Source: Parasynechococcus marenigrum WH 8102 (GTDB taxonomy: Bacteria > Cyanobacteriota > Cyanobacteriia > PCC-6307 > Cyanobiaceae). From it: 32,000 nucleotides of DNA. A program made the translations under genes and the position numbers. The notes below the pieces were generated by a model. That model did no database searches. It was not told the DNA's origin and saw only the letters and a list, made by a program, of their open reading frames with translations. The DNA is taken from the NCBI RefSeq assembly GCF_000195975.1, contig NC_005070.1, positions 1,470,001 to 1,502,000 on the forward strand, given 5' to 3'. The first letter of the stretch is position 1. Each line of letters starts with the position of its first letter. Positions 9,573 through 20,494 of the stretch are shown here, in pieces.

Positions 9573-10970
9573 TCAGCGTTTGCGCCGGGAATCAATCTGA
9601 AGCAGGTCCTTGACCTTCTGCACCTGGCCGGCCAGCTGGGGGTCGCTGGCCAGCTTCTTCTCCACCTGTTCGATCGCGTACATCACGGTGGTGTGGTCCT
9701 TGCCGCCAAAGGTGTCGCCGATCCGCGGCAGGCTCAGATCCGTGCCCTGCCGCATCAGATACATCCCCACCTGACGGGCCTGACTGACGGCACGACGGCG
9801 AGTGCTGCTGAGCATCTCCTCTGCGGTGACATCAAACACCTCCGACACCTTGTCGATCACTTGTTGCGGTGTGACATCGACGCCTTGCCCGGTCGGATCA
9901 AGCATCGGCGCCACCGACTCCACCGTCATCGGCAGGCCGGTGATCGAGGCGAAGGCCACGGCACGGGTGAGGGCCCCCTCAAGCTCACGGATGTTGGAGG
10001 TGAAACGCCCCGCCAGGTAGTGGATCAGATCCCGGGGCAGGGCCATGCGCTCCTGCTCCGCTTTCTTCTGGAGAATCGCCATGCGGGTCTCGAGATCAGG
10101 AGCCTGGATATCAGCGATCAGGCCCATCTGGAAGCGTGAGATCAAGCGCTGCTGCAACCGGGAGATCTGACTGGGGGGCCGATCACTGGCGATCACCACC
10201 TGTTTGCCGGCTTCGTGTAGGGCATTGAAGGTGTGGAAGAACTCCTCCTGGGTGTATTCCTTGCCTTCGATGAATTGGATGTCATCCACCAACAGCAGAT
10301 CCGCCGCGCGGTAACGGTCTCGGAAGGCCTTCATGCCGTCCTTGCGGATGCTGTCAATCAGATCATTGGTGAAGGTTTCGGTGGAGACGTAGGACACTCG
10401 AGCGGAGGGATCGATCTCCAGCCGGTAGTGACCGATGGCCTGCATCAAGTGGGTCTTGCCCAGACCGACTCCGCCACAGATGAACAGGGGATTGAATTCA
10501 CGGCCGGGAGCCTCCGCCACCGCCAGGGCTGCCGCATGGGCCATCCGACTGTTGGGACCCACAACGAATCGACCGAACACATAACGGGGGTTGAGCCCCG
10601 GCAGCACCCGTCGCGGCGATCGCGACGGCGCGGACTCCCGGGCAGCCGCCGAGTCTCCGGGGGCCGAGGCGGGTTCCGGCGGGTCAGCGTCCTGGTTTGT
10701 CACCCCGGGGGAGACGACAGCGGAATCAGCCAGAACCACCACCTGCACCGGGCCACCGCAGGCTTCGCTGGCCAACTGGGTGATCGAAGGGAGAAGCTGC
10801 TCCCTCAACCTGACTCCGGCAAAGGGATTCGGGGCCAGCAGGCGCAGTTCCCCGTTGGCAAAGCCACTGCAGGCCGTTGGCCGGATGAAGGTCTCGAAGG
10901 TGGGCTTGCTCAGCTTGGTCTGCAGCCCCTCACGCACCTTGCTCCAGAGCTCCTCGCCCGTCAGCACCAC
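9573..10970 (-). CDS. dnaA: Chromosomal replication initiator protein DnaA
   Basis: 465 aa with Walker [11 protein letters not shown], Walker [11 protein letters not shown], and the C-terminal DNA-binding signature [11 protein letters not shown] start. Confidence 0.95.
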   Translation of the reverse strand: MVLTGEELWSKVREGLQTKLSKPTFETFIRPTACSGFANGELRLLAPNPFAGVRLREQLLPSITQLASEACGGPVQVVVLADSAVVSPGVTNQDADPPEPASAPGDSAAARESAPSRSPRRVLPGLNPRYVFGRFVVGPNSRMAHAAALAVAEAPGREFNPLFICGGVGLGKTHLMQAIGHYRLEIDPSARVSYVSTETFTNDLIDSIRKDGMKAFRDRYRAADLLLVDDIQFIEGKEYTQEEFFHTFNALHEAGKQVVIASDRPPSQISRLQQRLISRFQMGLIADIQAPDLETRMAILQKKAEQERMALPRDLIHYLAGRFTSNIRELEGALTRAVAFASITGLPMTVESVAPMLDPTGQGVDVTPQQVIDKVSEVFDVTAEEMLSSTRRRAVSQARQVGMYLMRQGTDLSLPRIGDTFGGKDHTTVMYAIEQVEKKLASDPQLAGQVQKVKDLLQIDSRRKR

Positions 10971-11051
10971 ACCGCCATCCCTTGAATGCTGAATCTACGC
11001 ACGCTGCTCGGAACAGTCCGCTTTTAATGAATCAGCAGACACCAAGCTTCG

Positions 11052-12185
11052 ATGCCGCCTTCGCTGCGTCTGATCGGGTTCACCCTGATCGCCACCAGCC
11101 TGAACTCCTGCAGCCTGCTTCGAGACCTGAGGGGAGGATCGCAAGCTCCGAAGGTGGAACCTCCGCCTGTGGTCCACGATCAGCCGCGCTCAGCCCCCCT
11201 GCAACCGGGTGAGAACGTGATCGTCAAAGCCGTCGAGCGGGTCGGGCCTTCGGTGGTGCGGATCGATACGGAGAAAGACATCAACAACCCGATGGGTCAG
11301 CTGTTCGGCCTTGGCCCCTCCACCCAGCGGCAGCAGGGCCAGGGGTCGGGGTTCATCACCCGTGCCAACGGCCTGATCTTCACGAACGAGCACGTGGTGC
11401 GCGGGGCGGATCGGGTCAATGTGACCCTGCCCGACGGGCGCCGGTTCCAAGGCACCGTCCTGGGCGGCGACCCACTCACGGACGTGGCTGTGGTGAAGGT
11501 GGTGGCAGAAAATCTGCCGGTGGCGAGCCTCGGCAATTCCGACCAGCTGCGGCCAGGGGAATGGGCGATTGCGATCGGGAATCCCTTTGGCCTGAACAAC
11601 ACCGTCACCGCCGGCATCATCAGTGCCGTGGATCGGACTGATGCCAACATCGGGGAAGGGCAGCGAGTGCCGTACATCCAGACGGACGCTGCCGTGAATC
11701 CAGGCAACAGCGGTGGACCGTTGATCAGCGCAGCCGGTGAGGTGATCGGCATGAATACGGCCATCCGCAAGGCCCCAGGGGCTGGGTTGAGTTTTGCGGT
11801 GCCGATCAACCTCGCCAAACGGATCGCTCAGCAGATCGTGAGCACCGGGCAGGCCTCGCACCCCTTCATCGGTGTGCAGCTGCGCAGCCTCACCCCGCAA
11901 CTGGCACGGGAGATCAATGCCACCAGCACCCGCTGCACCGTGCCCGTTGTGAACGGTGTTCTCGTGGTGGACGTGGTGCCCGACACCCCGGCTGAATCGG
12001 CAGGGATCCGCCAGTGCGATCTGATCCGGGCCGTGAATGCAACCCCAGTGGAGAATCCATCCGAAGTGCAACTGGCCGTTGATCGAGGCCGTGTAGGGCA
12101 ACCGATGCAGATCACGATCGAACGCGACGGCCTAGAACAAACCCTGGAGGTTCTGCCGAAGGAACTGCCACGACGCCAGCGCTGA
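11052..12185 (+). CDS. HtrA/DegP-family serine protease with PDZ domain
   Basis: 377 aa with TNEHVV (His), GDPLTDVAVVKV (Asp), GNSGGPL (Ser) and a C-terminal PDZ-like region. The N-terminus is hydrophobic. Confidence 0.9.
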   Translation: MPPSLRLIGFTLIATSLNSCSLLRDLRGGSQAPKVEPPPVVHDQPRSAPLQPGENVIVKAVERVGPSVVRIDTEKDINNPMGQLFGLGPSTQRQQGQGSGFITRANGLIFTNEHVVRGADRVNVTLPDGRRFQGTVLGGDPLTDVAVVKVVAENLPVASLGNSDQLRPGEWAIAIGNPFGLNNTVTAGIISAVDRTDANIGEGQRVPYIQTDAAVNPGNSGGPLISAAGEVIGMNTAIRKAPGAGLSFAVPINLAKRIAQQIVSTGQASHPFIGVQLRSLTPQLAREINATSTRCTVPVVNGVLVVDVVPDTPAESAGIRQCDLIRAVNATPVENPSEVQLAVDRGRVGQPMQITIERDGLEQTLEVLPKELPRRQR

Positions 12186-12186
12186 G

Positions 12187-12837
12187 GTGACCACTCCCGC
12201 TGCCCTGGTGCTGATGGCCCGCTGGCCCGCGCCGGGGCGATGCAAACGACGACTGGCTGCGGACATGCGGTCACAGCTGAGCCTTAATCACAGCAGCGAA
12301 CGCAGTGCCCGCCTGCAGGCGCGGCTCACCCATCACACCATCGCTGTGGCCTGCACATTGCATCGAGACGGGTGGGTCAGCCCTGTGTTGGCCGTCAGTG
12401 GACTGGGTCCCAGCCGTGCCGGGCGTTGGGGCCGGCAGCAGGGCATCGAAGAGATCGGACTGCAGGGCGATGGCAACCTCGGAACACGGTTGAAACGGCA
12501 ACTGCTGCGCCTGCGCCATCGCCGCACCCCTGCGCTTGTGGTGGGCAGCGACCTACCGGAGTTCAACCGCCGCGACCTGCTGATGGCACTGGAGAGCCTG
12601 CACAGCCATGACCTTGTCCTGGGGCCCGCCGCTGACGGGGGCTACTGGCTGATGGGTCTGTCCGCAGCGCTGATGCAGACACCGGAGCGATGGCCACTGG
12701 TCGGCATCCCCTGGGGCAGCTCCGAGGTCTTGGTTACCACGCTGGAGTCAGCCGAATGCAACAACCTCACCGTGGGACTCCTGCCGCAGCTACAGGACCT
12801 GGATCACCTGCGTGACCTCAAGCGATGGCAGGGCTGA
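12187..12837 (+). CDS. DUF2064 / TIGR04282-like glycosyltransferase-related protein
   Basis: LVLMARWPAPGRCKRRLA at the N-terminus and GPAADGGYWLMGL. Starts 1 nt after the protease stop and overlaps the next gene by 13 nt. Confidence 0.65.
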   Translation: MTTPAALVLMARWPAPGRCKRRLAADMRSQLSLNHSSERSARLQARLTHHTIAVACTLHRDGWVSPVLAVSGLGPSRAGRWGRQQGIEEIGLQGDGNLGTRLKRQLLRLRHRRTPALVVGSDLPEFNRRDLLMALESLHSHDLVLGPAADGGYWLMGLSAALMQTPERWPLVGIPWGSSEVLVTTLESAECNNLTVGLLPQLQDLDHLRDLKRWQG

Positions 12838-13511
12838 GCATCCTGATCCCGACGCTTAACGAAGCGCGACGGCTTCCCCTGCTGCTGGCCGATCTGGCCC
12901 GGTGGCCCCATGGGGCCCAGGTGATCGTCGTTGATGGAGGGAGCCGAGATCGAACAACAGTTGTGGCCAGCCTGGCTGGCGTGGCTCGACTGAGCAGCCC
13001 AGAACGGGGCCGTGGGCAGCAACTCATCCACGGCATGGCCGCTGCTATCCATGACTGGACGCTGGTGCTCCACGCCGACAGCCGTCTGCCGCCCCGCTGG
13101 TGCAGCGCCGTTCAACGGGTGATTGAGAACCCCCAGGCGAAACGCGATGCCTGGTTCTTCGACTTTCGTGTGGAGGAGCGGGGGCCGATGCTGTGGCTGC
13201 TGGAACGCAGCGTCGGCCTGCGCAGTCGGCTGGGTCAGCGCCCCTACGGCGACCAGGGGCTGCTGATCCACCGCACGCTTTATGCAGCCAGCGGCGGTTA
13301 TCGCCCGATCCCCTTGATGGAGGACCTGGACCTGGTGGAGAGGATTGCGCGTCACCACAGGCTGCGGCGACTTCGCTGTCCGCTGGTCACCAGCAACCGA
13401 CGCTGGCAGGAGCAGGGGGTGATCAGCAGGGCCTGGTGCAACTGGAGGCTGCGACGCCGTTGGCAGCAAGGCATTGCCGCTGATCAACTGGCAGGTGACT
13501 ACGACCGCTGA
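12825..13511 (+). CDS. Family-2 glycosyltransferase (TIGR04283-like)
   Basis: LSILIPTLNEARRLPLLLADL...VIVVDGGSRD is a GT2 N-terminal signature. The pairing with the preceding DUF2064 gene is a known arrangement. Confidence 0.7.
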   Translation: MAGLSILIPTLNEARRLPLLLADLARWPHGAQVIVVDGGSRDRTTVVASLAGVARLSSPERGRGQQLIHGMAAAIHDWTLVLHADSRLPPRWCSAVQRVIENPQAKRDAWFFDFRVEERGPMLWLLERSVGLRSRLGQRPYGDQGLLIHRTLYAASGGYRPIPLMEDLDLVERIARHHRLRRLRCPLVTSNRRWQEQGVISRAWCNWRLRRRWQQGIAADQLAGDYDR

Positions 13512-13523
13512 ACGGAACGCAGC

Positions 13524-14030
13524 TCAGCTGGCGTACCAAAACGCGCAGCGATGCTGCTGCGGCTCCAGCTCCCAACCCTGGCGCTGATAGAAGTTGACCA
13601 CGCCTGGATCGGCGAACAGGCTCACTCGCTCCGTGCCCATGGCCTCCAGAGCCTCCAGTACGTAGACCATCAGCTGACTGCCCAAGCCACTGCCCTGGTA
13701 AAGCGGGTGCACAGCCACATCCCAGACCGTGGCTTCGAAGACACCATCACCGGTGCAACGGGCGAAGCCCACCAGGCGGGGGATGCGGGGATCGTGCCGC
13801 CACAGGCCAACGGTGAGCAGGCTGTTGGCCAGGGCTTTGCGCACCCGCCGCACCGGCCGCCGACTCCAGCCCACCGCTTCCAGCAACTGCTCCAGTTCCA
13901 CCAGGTCAAAGGGATGACGTCGACTGAACACCAGGGTCAGCTGATCGTTGGCACAGGAGCAGAGACGGGCCTCCTCGCCGTACTGCTCAAGCAGCGGCGC
14001 AGCCGGCAGGACGAGGGGGGAGGTCATCAC
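13524..14030 (-). CDS. GNAT-family N-acetyltransferase
   Basis: 168 aa with VAVHPLYQGSGLGSQLM (acetyl-CoA binding motif A) and FYQRQGW. Its start overlaps the ABC exporter stop. Confidence 0.8.
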   Translation of the reverse strand: MMTSPLVLPAAPLLEQYGEEARLCSCANDQLTLVFSRRHPFDLVELEQLLEAVGWSRRPVRRVRKALANSLLTVGLWRHDPRIPRLVGFARCTGDGVFEATVWDVAVHPLYQGSGLGSQLMVYVLEALEAMGTERVSLFADPGVVNFYQRQGWELEPQQHRCAFWYAS

Positions 14031-15805
14031 AAACGAGCCAACCCCTTTTCCTGCAGCTCCGCCAGCTGGGCGTAGAGCCCACCCCGGGCTCGCAACTCCA
14101 GGTGCGTGCCCTGTTCGATCAACTCACCGCGGCGCAGCACCAGAATCCGATCCGAGGCTTCCACCGTGGCCAGGCGATGGGCGATCACCACAGCCGTGCG
14201 TTTCTGCAGCAACCGATCCAGGTCGCGTTGCAGGGTGGCCTCTGTGGAGGGATCCATGAAGGCGGTGGCCTCGTCCATCACCAGCACCGTGGGGTTACGG
14301 ATCGCAACCCGTGCCACCGCCAGCAGCTGACGTTCACCGGACGAGAGATTGCCGCCACGCTCCCGCAACTCTGTCTCCAACCCATTAGGCAGCCGTTGCA
14401 ACAGGTCGTTCAGGCCCAGATCACGGCAGATTCCAGCCAGCTCCTGATCGCTGATCTCGGCATTGAGCCGAAGGTTATCGGCCACGTTGCCGCTGAACAG
14501 GAAGGTGTCCTGCAACACCACCCCCAGCTGACGTCGCAGATCGGCGATCGAAATCGAACGAATGTCACGACCATCCAGAAGAATCCGGCCCTGCTGAGGT
14601 TCATACAGCCGGCAGAGCAGCCGGATGACGGTGGTTTTTCCAGACCCCGTCGGTCCCACCAGGGCCACGTGCTCGCCAGGAGCAATGCGGAAGGAGAGGT
14701 TGCGCAGGATCGGCTCATCCGGCCGATAGCTGAAGCTGACGTTCTCGAAAATCACCTCCCCCAGGCCGGCCGAACGCAGCGGAGTGGCGTTGGGATCCTC
14801 CACGATCTCCAGGGGCTGCTCCATCAGCTCACCGATGCGCTCCACGGCCGTCAGACCACCCTGAATCTGGGTGAACCGTTCCGCCAGCTGACGCAGCGGA
14901 TCAAACAGACGCTGGGAATAGAGGATGAAGGTGGTGAGGATTCCAAGGCCCATGGAACCTGATGTCACCATCCATCCCCCAAGAGCCAACACCAGGGCAA
15001 CAGCTCCGAGGGACACCCATTCGAGGAAGGCAGAGATGCTGCTGTCGAAGAAAATCGTTCCATTCACAGCGCGCCTGTAAGCGGAACCGGTGCGCTGGAA
15101 GCGCTCGCCGTTGACCTGCTCGCGCCGAAACATCTGGACCACCTCCAGGCCCTGCAGGTTCTCCTGAAAATCAGCATTGAGCTGGGAGAGCTCCTCTCGA
15201 ACTCGGTAATTCGCCTTGCGGTAACGGCCCTGCAACCAGATCACCATCAAGGTCACGGGGATCTGTGTGCAAAGCAGCAACAGGCCAAGCCGCCATTCGA
15301 TCAGCAGCATCGAGCTGGCGATCACCACCAGGCTCACCAGATCGCCAAGAACACCAACGGCTCCGCTGCCGAAGACCTCCGACAAGGCATCGACATCACT
15401 GGTGAGCCGTGTGAGCAACTTGCCCACAGGCATGCCGTCGTGGAACCGCAGCGACAGCGACAGGGCATGACGAAACAGATCATCCCGGATCCGTGCGGTA
15501 AGTCGCTGACCCACAGCCTGGATGTTGAACAGCTGAACCCCCTGCAGCGCTAGACGCAACAGCACCGACACGAGCAGCAGCGACACGATCAGGCGGATGG
15601 CGGCCCCGGTCGTCAGACCCTCCAGCCAGGGAAGGCTGGGTTCGTTGCGCAACACACTGATGGCCTGGCCCACCAACAGGGGCTGAATCGCTCCCGCCAC
15701 CGCTAACGGCACGAGCAGCACCAGGGTCAGCAGCAGACGGCGGCGGTCATGAACGAGATAACGGCCCAGCCGACGCACTCGTTTCCAATCACTGATGACG
15801 CTCAT
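14027..15805 (-). CDS. ABC exporter, fused permease/ATPase (MsbA-like)
   Basis: 592 aa with a six-TM N-domain, Walker [10 protein letters not shown], signature [13 protein letters not shown] and Walker B LVMDEATA. Confidence 0.9.
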   Translation of the reverse strand: MSVISDWKRVRRLGRYLVHDRRRLLLTLVLLVPLAVAGAIQPLLVGQAISVLRNEPSLPWLEGLTTGAAIRLIVSLLLVSVLLRLALQGVQLFNIQAVGQRLTARIRDDLFRHALSLSLRFHDGMPVGKLLTRLTSDVDALSEVFGSGAVGVLGDLVSLVVIASSMLLIEWRLGLLLLCTQIPVTLMVIWLQGRYRKANYRVREELSQLNADFQENLQGLEVVQMFRREQVNGERFQRTGSAYRRAVNGTIFFDSSISAFLEWVSLGAVALVLALGGWMVTSGSMGLGILTTFILYSQRLFDPLRQLAERFTQIQGGLTAVERIGELMEQPLEIVEDPNATPLRSAGLGEVIFENVSFSYRPDEPILRNLSFRIAPGEHVALVGPTGSGKTTVIRLLCRLYEPQQGRILLDGRDIRSISIADLRRQLGVVLQDTFLFSGNVADNLRLNAEISDQELAGICRDLGLNDLLQRLPNGLETELRERGGNLSSGERQLLAVARVAIRNPTVLVMDEATAFMDPSTEATLQRDLDRLLQKRTAVVIAHRLATVEASDRILVLRRGELIEQGTHLELRARGGLYAQLAELQEKGLARL

Positions 15806-16455
15806 CCGGCGGCTCCGGCAGCGGCTGAAGCCGTGCGGACCGCCTCAACAATGGCGTTCAAAGACCCATCATCCAGCCGCATCGACAGGGGGTGACCAAC
15901 CAAGCGGGCCGTGGTGTGGAACAGATCCTCGATGGCCACCAGCCCGTTGTCCCGCAGGGTGCGCCCCGTCGCCACCAGATCCACGATCGCTTCGGACATG
16001 CCGGTGATGGGCCCGAGCTCGACAGAGCCATTCAAATGCACCAGCTCCACCGGTAGATCGAGCCCATCGAAGTATTCACGGGCGCAATGGGTGAACTTGC
16101 TCGCCACCCGGCAGTGGGGCGGCAGGTCCGCCGCCCGTTCGTACCCGCTGCTGGCCTTGACGGCCACGGCCATGCGACAGCCTCCGAAACCCAGATCCAC
16201 CAGCTGCGCCACCGGCAATTGGTGCTCCCGCAGCACGTCATAGCCAACCACACCAAGCTGGGCCTGGCCGTAGGCCACGTAAGTCGGCACATCACCGTTG
16301 CGCACCAGCAGTGCCCGGGCTCGACCGCAGGGGGTGGGCAGCATCAGCTGGCGGTTGTCCTTGTCCAGAGCCGCCGAAAAATCAAGACCTGCGGCCGCAA
16401 ACCGAGCCGCGGAATCCTTGAGCAGCGCTCCTTTGGCCAACGCGACGGTGATCAT
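15802..16455 (-). CDS. hisG: ATP phosphoribosyltransferase, short form
   Basis: [15 protein letters not shown]..., [14 protein letters not shown]. The ORF extends to 16605, but the conserved HisG N-terminus begins at the ATG at 16455. Its stop overlaps the exporter start (ATGA). Confidence 0.85.
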   Translation of the reverse strand: MITVALAKGALLKDSAARFAAAGLDFSAALDKDNRQLMLPTPCGRARALLVRNGDVPTYVAYGQAQLGVVGYDVLREHQLPVAQLVDLGFGGCRMAVAVKASSGYERAADLPPHCRVASKFTHCAREYFDGLDLPVELVHLNGSVELGPITGMSEAIVDLVATGRTLRDNGLVAIEDLFHTTARLVGHPLSMRLDDGSLNAIVEAVRTASAAAGAAG

Positions 16456-16495
16456 GGGTCCAGCGTTGACCGTGTAACCAGGCAGGACTTTAACG

Positions 16496-17245
16496 ATGCA
16501 ATCCTCCCTCCATGCCCTGCCGGTGCTGCAGGACAACGTCCTGTGGATCTGGGTGCGGGGCGATGAGGCCGCTGTGGTGGACCCTGCCGTGGCCGAACCA
16601 GTCATCGACTGGCTGCAACAACGGCAGCTGCAGCTGAGTGCGGTGCTGCAGACGCATCACCACGCCGATCACATCGGTGGAACCCCTGGCCTGCTGGAGC
16701 GATGGCCCGATGCGGCCGTGGTAGCGGCTGGAGCGGATCGATCGCGCATTCCCTTTCAGACCATCTCCGTCAGCGACGGCGATCAGGTGACCGTGCTCGG
16801 CCGATCGCTGCAGGTTTTGGACGTGGCCGCCCACACCTCCGCCCACATCGCCTTTGTGATCCCCGAGCAGGAGGATCCGGATCTTGGCCCGGTGGTGTTC
16901 TGCGGCGACACGCTGTTTTCCGGGGGGTGCGGACGCCTGTTCGAAGGGACCCCAGCCGACATGCACCGTGCCCTGAGGCGGCTATCGGAGTTACCTGAAT
17001 CCACCAAGGTCTGTTGCGCCCACGAATACACCGAGGGGAACCTGCTCTGGGCCATCCAACAGCAACCGCAGGATGCAGCCATTCGCCAGCGCTATGACGC
17101 CGTGGTGGATCTGCGTCGCCGCGGTGAGCTGAGCCTGCCCAGCAGCATCGGAGAGGAACGCCGCAGCAATCTGTTCATGCGGGCGGCATCGGCCGAAGAG
17201 CTGGGACGCCTGAGGCGGCATAAGGATCATTGGCGCGCAGCCTGA
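16496..17245 (+). CDS. gloB: Hydroxyacylglutathione hydrolase (glyoxalase II)
   Basis: 249 aa metallo-beta-lactamase fold with [27 protein letters not shown] and CAHEYT. Confidence 0.9.
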   Translation: MQSSLHALPVLQDNVLWIWVRGDEAAVVDPAVAEPVIDWLQQRQLQLSAVLQTHHHADHIGGTPGLLERWPDAAVVAAGADRSRIPFQTISVSDGDQVTVLGRSLQVLDVAAHTSAHIAFVIPEQEDPDLGPVVFCGDTLFSGGCGRLFEGTPADMHRALRRLSELPESTKVCCAHEYTEGNLLWAIQQQPQDAAIRQRYDAVVDLRRRGELSLPSSIGEERRSNLFMRAASAEELGRLRRHKDHWRAA

Positions 17246-18335
17246 TCCGCTGCGGAAAGAGAATCACTTCGGCTCCAGGCTGAAACGCCAGTCGACAGCG
17301 GGTACCGCGCGTTACGTCCAACGCCAGCGCAGCGTTGACGCGGAGGTCGCAGGGCCCCTGCTGCACGCGGTACTGCCAGGCCTGTCCGAGGAACTCCCGT
17401 CCCATGACCGTGGCCTCACCCTGTGGATCGGGCTGAAGCCTGATCAAGGCTGGATCCACCAGCAGCAGTTGCTCATCGGGCCCAGGTTCAGAACCTGGCA
17501 GGGGACTGTCGCCCTCCAATGCACCGATCAGGCAGTGCATCGGACCATCGAGGGGCACAAGATTGCCTTGAAGGACAAAGCGACCGACAAACGGTGATGC
17601 GGGGGCATCAACGAGGGCTCTTGGGGTGGCGCACTGATGCAACTCCCCGTCCCGCATCACCGCCACACGATCACAAATGGCCAGCGCCTCGCTGGGGTCG
17701 TGGGTCACGATCAGCCCCGTGGCTCCACAAACCTGCAGAACAGAACTGAGTTCACTGCGCAACCGCAGCCTCACCTCAACATCCAGATTGGAGAAGGGCT
17801 CATCGAGCAGCACAAGCTTGGGGGCTGGTGCCAGAGCACGGGCCAGGGCAAGGCGTTGCTTCTGGCCGCCTGAGAGCTGATGGGGATAACGCAGCTCCAG
17901 CCCCTTCAGCCCCAGCAACTCCAGCAACCAGGCCGCTCGGCTGTCGTCCTGACCAGGACGAAGACCGAAGCAAGCGTTCTGCCAGGCCGTGAGATGGGGG
18001 AACAGGGCGTAGTCCTGAAAAACCATGCCAATCCCGCGCCGCTCAGGCGGCAGCCAATGGCCGTTCCCCGCCACAGGGCGCTGCTGCAGGTGCACCGACC
18101 CCTGCGATGGCCGCTCAAAGCCTGCGATCAATCGCAACAGGGTGGTTTTCCCGCAGCCGGAGGGCCCCAGCAGTCCCACCAGCTCACCGGCTGCAAGCTC
18201 CAGGTCGATGCCACGCAGCGTCCAGGGTCCAGCAGGGCCGTCGTAGCGATGCCAGAGGTCACGCACGGCAACGGTGGCCTGGGTCTGCGACAACAGCGAA
18301 ACGCGATGATCGATTCCATTCTGCGATCCGGCCAT
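17175..18335 (-). CDS. ABC transporter ATP-binding protein (FbpC/PotA-type with C-terminal TOBE-like domain)
   Basis: Walker [10 protein letters not shown], signature [15 protein letters not shown] and Walker [13 protein letters not shown]. The 3' end overlaps gloB by 71 nt. Confidence 0.85.
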   Translation of the reverse strand: MAGSQNGIDHRVSLLSQTQATVAVRDLWHRYDGPAGPWTLRGIDLELAAGELVGLLGPSGCGKTTLLRLIAGFERPSQGSVHLQQRPVAGNGHWLPPERRGIGMVFQDYALFPHLTAWQNACFGLRPGQDDSRAAWLLELLGLKGLELRYPHQLSGGQKQRLALARALAPAPKLVLLDEPFSNLDVEVRLRLRSELSSVLQVCGATGLIVTHDPSEALAICDRVAVMRDGELHQCATPRALVDAPASPFVGRFVLQGNLVPLDGPMHCLIGALEGDSPLPGSEPGPDEQLLLVDPALIRLQPDPQGEATVMGREFLGQAWQYRVQQGPCDLRVNAALALDVTRGTRCRLAFQPGAEVILFPQRIRLRANDPYAASGVPALRPMPPA

Positions 18336-18741
18336 GACCGCTCAAGCCGTTACGACCCCAGCAGCACCCGCTCCGGTGGGGCCTTACAACCAGGCGGTGC
18401 TGGCCGGTGGCTGGCTGTACTGCTCGGGCCAGATCCCGCTGGATCCGGAGACGGGGGCCATGGTGGGCGATGGAGATGTGGCGCTTGAGACGCGTCAGGT
18501 GCTGAAGAACCTCAGTGCCGTCCTCGAAGCCGCTGGAGCGACCGCAGCCCAAGTGGTGCGGACAACGATTTTTCTGGCTGATCTTGGGGATTTCCAAACC
18601 GTCAACGACATCTACGCAGAGATGTTTGGAGCGGGCACAAGCCCAGCCAGAGCCTGCGTGCAGGTGGCAGCGCTGCCGAAGGGTGCACGGGTCGAGATCG
18701 ACTGCGTGGCCTGGCTCGGTGATGATTTGCAGACCGGGTGA
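18334..18741 (+). CDS. ridA: RidA/YjgF-family reactive-intermediate deaminase
   Basis: 135 aa with APAPVGPYNQAV..GWLYCSGQIPLDP...ARACVQVAALPKGARVEIDCVA. Confidence 0.85.
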   Translation: MTAQAVTTPAAPAPVGPYNQAVLAGGWLYCSGQIPLDPETGAMVGDGDVALETRQVLKNLSAVLEAAGATAAQVVRTTIFLADLGDFQTVNDIYAEMFGAGTSPARACVQVAALPKGARVEIDCVAWLGDDLQTG

Positions 18742-18778
18742 TCTGATCAACTGCAGCGGTGAGACGCCAGGCGTTATG

Positions 18779-18804
18779 GCTCTCTGAGATGTAAAGAGAG
18801 CTTT
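18779..18804 (+). terminator. Rho-independent terminator-like hairpin after the RidA gene
   Basis: GCTCTCT(18779-18785)-9 nt loop-AGAGAGC(18795-18801), followed by TTT. It is nested within an outer GAGACGC/GCGTCTC inverted repeat (18761-18767 / 18809-18815). Confidence 0.5.
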
Positions 18805-18856
18805 GGTCAGCGTCTCGCCAGCACCAATCGAAACCGACGAACAGTCGGTGCTGACC

Positions 18857-19282
18857 ATGGAACGGCTGGCCCTCAGGGAGCAAGCCGCACAACCTTTACT
18901 CAACAGCGGCTGGACGCTGCTTTACTCCGGCCTGACCCCATTGAGGGCCAGCGTCACCCTGCTGGATCCGAGTGAAAGTCTTCAGATCAGTCTCCAGATC
19001 CCCATCGGAGAGGTTGATAAAGACTGGGATCTGTGGCTTGAAGCCTGCAACCGACAGCTCAGCGCCCCGCTCAGGCAGTGGCTGGAATCCCAAGGCATTG
19101 AACAGACCACCCTCAGCCGGCTGACAGGAGCTGAGCAAGGTGGTGAGGAGACTCTCAAGATCAGCAACATGCTCCAGGTGGCACGTTGGTTGCAAAGCCC
19201 GATCGAAGCCATCGAAGCCCTGGCGGAGTCCAACGGATCCCAGCTGGTGCTCCACCTGGCAGGACTGGGAACCAACAGCTGA
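18857..19282 (+). CDS. Hypothetical protein
   Basis: The track ORF starts at 18803 (TTG) inside the terminator hairpin. The first ATG (MERLALREQ...) is at 18857. No recognisable domain. Confidence 0.45.
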   Translation: MERLALREQAAQPLLNSGWTLLYSGLTPLRASVTLLDPSESLQISLQIPIGEVDKDWDLWLEACNRQLSAPLRQWLESQGIEQTTLSRLTGAEQGGEETLKISNMLQVARWLQSPIEAIEALAESNGSQLVLHLAGLGTNS

Positions 19283-19334
19283 GGGGGGCTGACCCCTGCC
19301 GACATAGGTTGTTGGACATCAGGGGGATGATCCG

Positions 19335-19568
19335 ATGACCCAGGCCAAGCTCACCATCGGTGAACTGGAAGCGGGATACCCGCTCTATTGCAAAGCCCTG
19401 AGACGACTGCTGCAACAAGGCAAGACAGCTAAGGACATCGAACGCACCGTCTGCTGGGGACACCTGGAAACCCTCAATCGTTGCTTACCGACGCGCTACA
19501 AGGCACCGTCCTATCTGCTGACCCTGATCCGCAGGGATCTGGAAAAAATCAAGGAAGGGAAGGTCTAA
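19335..19568 (+). CDS. Hypothetical 77-aa protein
   Basis: ATG ORF with core-like composition; no recognisable motif. Confidence 0.4.
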   Translation: MTQAKLTIGELEAGYPLYCKALRRLLQQGKTAKDIERTVCWGHLETLNRCLPTRYKAPSYLLTLIRRDLEKIKEGKV

Positions 19569-19903
19569 GCAGCCTCAGACCATTCACAGCCACCTCTCTC
19601 TGCATTGAGAGTGATTGCCTTTTCGTTCAACACACTGTTCGAAAAAGCGATTCAGTTAGAGCGAACGATTTTTCGGAAGCCAAAAAGCCGCTGCAGGGCA
19701 ACATCAGTTCTGATGATGTTGTTCATTTTTCCGCCTCCGTGATCGGGCTTGAGTGGAGCGATTCCGTGGCCCTCAGCCAGCAACAGACCATGAGAATGTC
19801 GTCCGCAGGGCAGAGTCAGGGATATCCACGCACCAGCAAGTGAGACGATTCACGAATGCGTGGCCGCTCGATATAAAGTCATACCAACGCGAAACGGCAC
19901 ACC

Positions 19904-20167
19904 ATGGAGTTCTCGATTGTCATCCTGAGCAAACACATTGATGATTATCCCAAGATCACATGGACAGACTGGAAAGATAAGAACAGAAAAAAAATGAAAA
20001 GCGAAGGCGATCATTGGTCAATGGCAACCTTATCTGGTGCCGATATCTGGGATTGCCTAGACAGCAACAAGATTGATCGTCTGCACCTAGTGCAGTGGAA
20101 GCGCTCTTGTGACGACCTGCACAGCGTGAGCCTTCCGGATCACCCGCATCCCGCCGAGAAAAACTGA
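19904..20167 (+). CDS. Hypothetical 87-aa protein (lower-GC islet)
   Basis: ATG ORF in an AT-richer stretch; no recognisable motif. Confidence 0.35.
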   Translation: MEFSIVILSKHIDDYPKITWTDWKDKNRKKMKSEGDHWSMATLSGADIWDCLDSNKIDRLHLVQWKRSCDDLHSVSLPDHPHPAEKN

Positions 20168-20219
20168 TTGACACGACACAGCCATCAGATGAGAGCCTAT
20201 TGAAGCGCCAAAGGATCAA

Positions 20220-20483
20220 TCAACCATCCATCAACCAATCATCATCGATGGCGTTATCATTATCTTCGATTTCAACGCCGGTGGGTTGCACACGTTCCGA
20301 CTGTTGAGGAGAAAGAGGTGGTGGGGGTGGAGGCATCGCAGGCCTGGAAAATTGATTGATCGGAATTCTTTGGCTTCCCCAACCTGCCTGATAGGGGATG
20401 ACGAGCAATCGGATTGGCTCACCAGCAAAAGCTGTCGTAGGACTGATCAAGAGCGGGAGCACCATCCAAGTCGAGGCTCGCAT
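20220..20483 (-). CDS. Hypothetical small secreted proline-rich protein
   Basis: The internal ATG at 20483 gives MRASTWMVLPLLISPTTAFA (signal-peptide-like), then a PPPPPP tract and an acidic tail. The longer 20220..20705 version would overlap the fibrillin gene. Confidence 0.3.
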   Translation of the reverse strand: MRASTWMVLPLLISPTTAFAGEPIRLLVIPYQAGWGSQRIPINQFSRPAMPPPPPPLSPQQSERVQPTGVEIEDNDNAIDDDWLMDG

Positions 20484-20494
20484 CCAACACCTCA

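Noticed and set aside
10971-11051. Looked for an oriC-like cluster of DnaA boxes (TTATCCACA-like) next to dnaA.
   Set aside because: No DnaA-box-like 9-mers were seen in the short dnaA upstream region. In cyanobacteria oriC is often not adjacent to dnaA.
15802-16605. The full 267-aa version of the hisG ORF, with a 50-aa N-terminal extension.
   Set aside because: The extension is low-complexity and would run into the gloB start region. The conserved HisG N-terminus (MITVALAKG) begins at the internal ATG at 16455.
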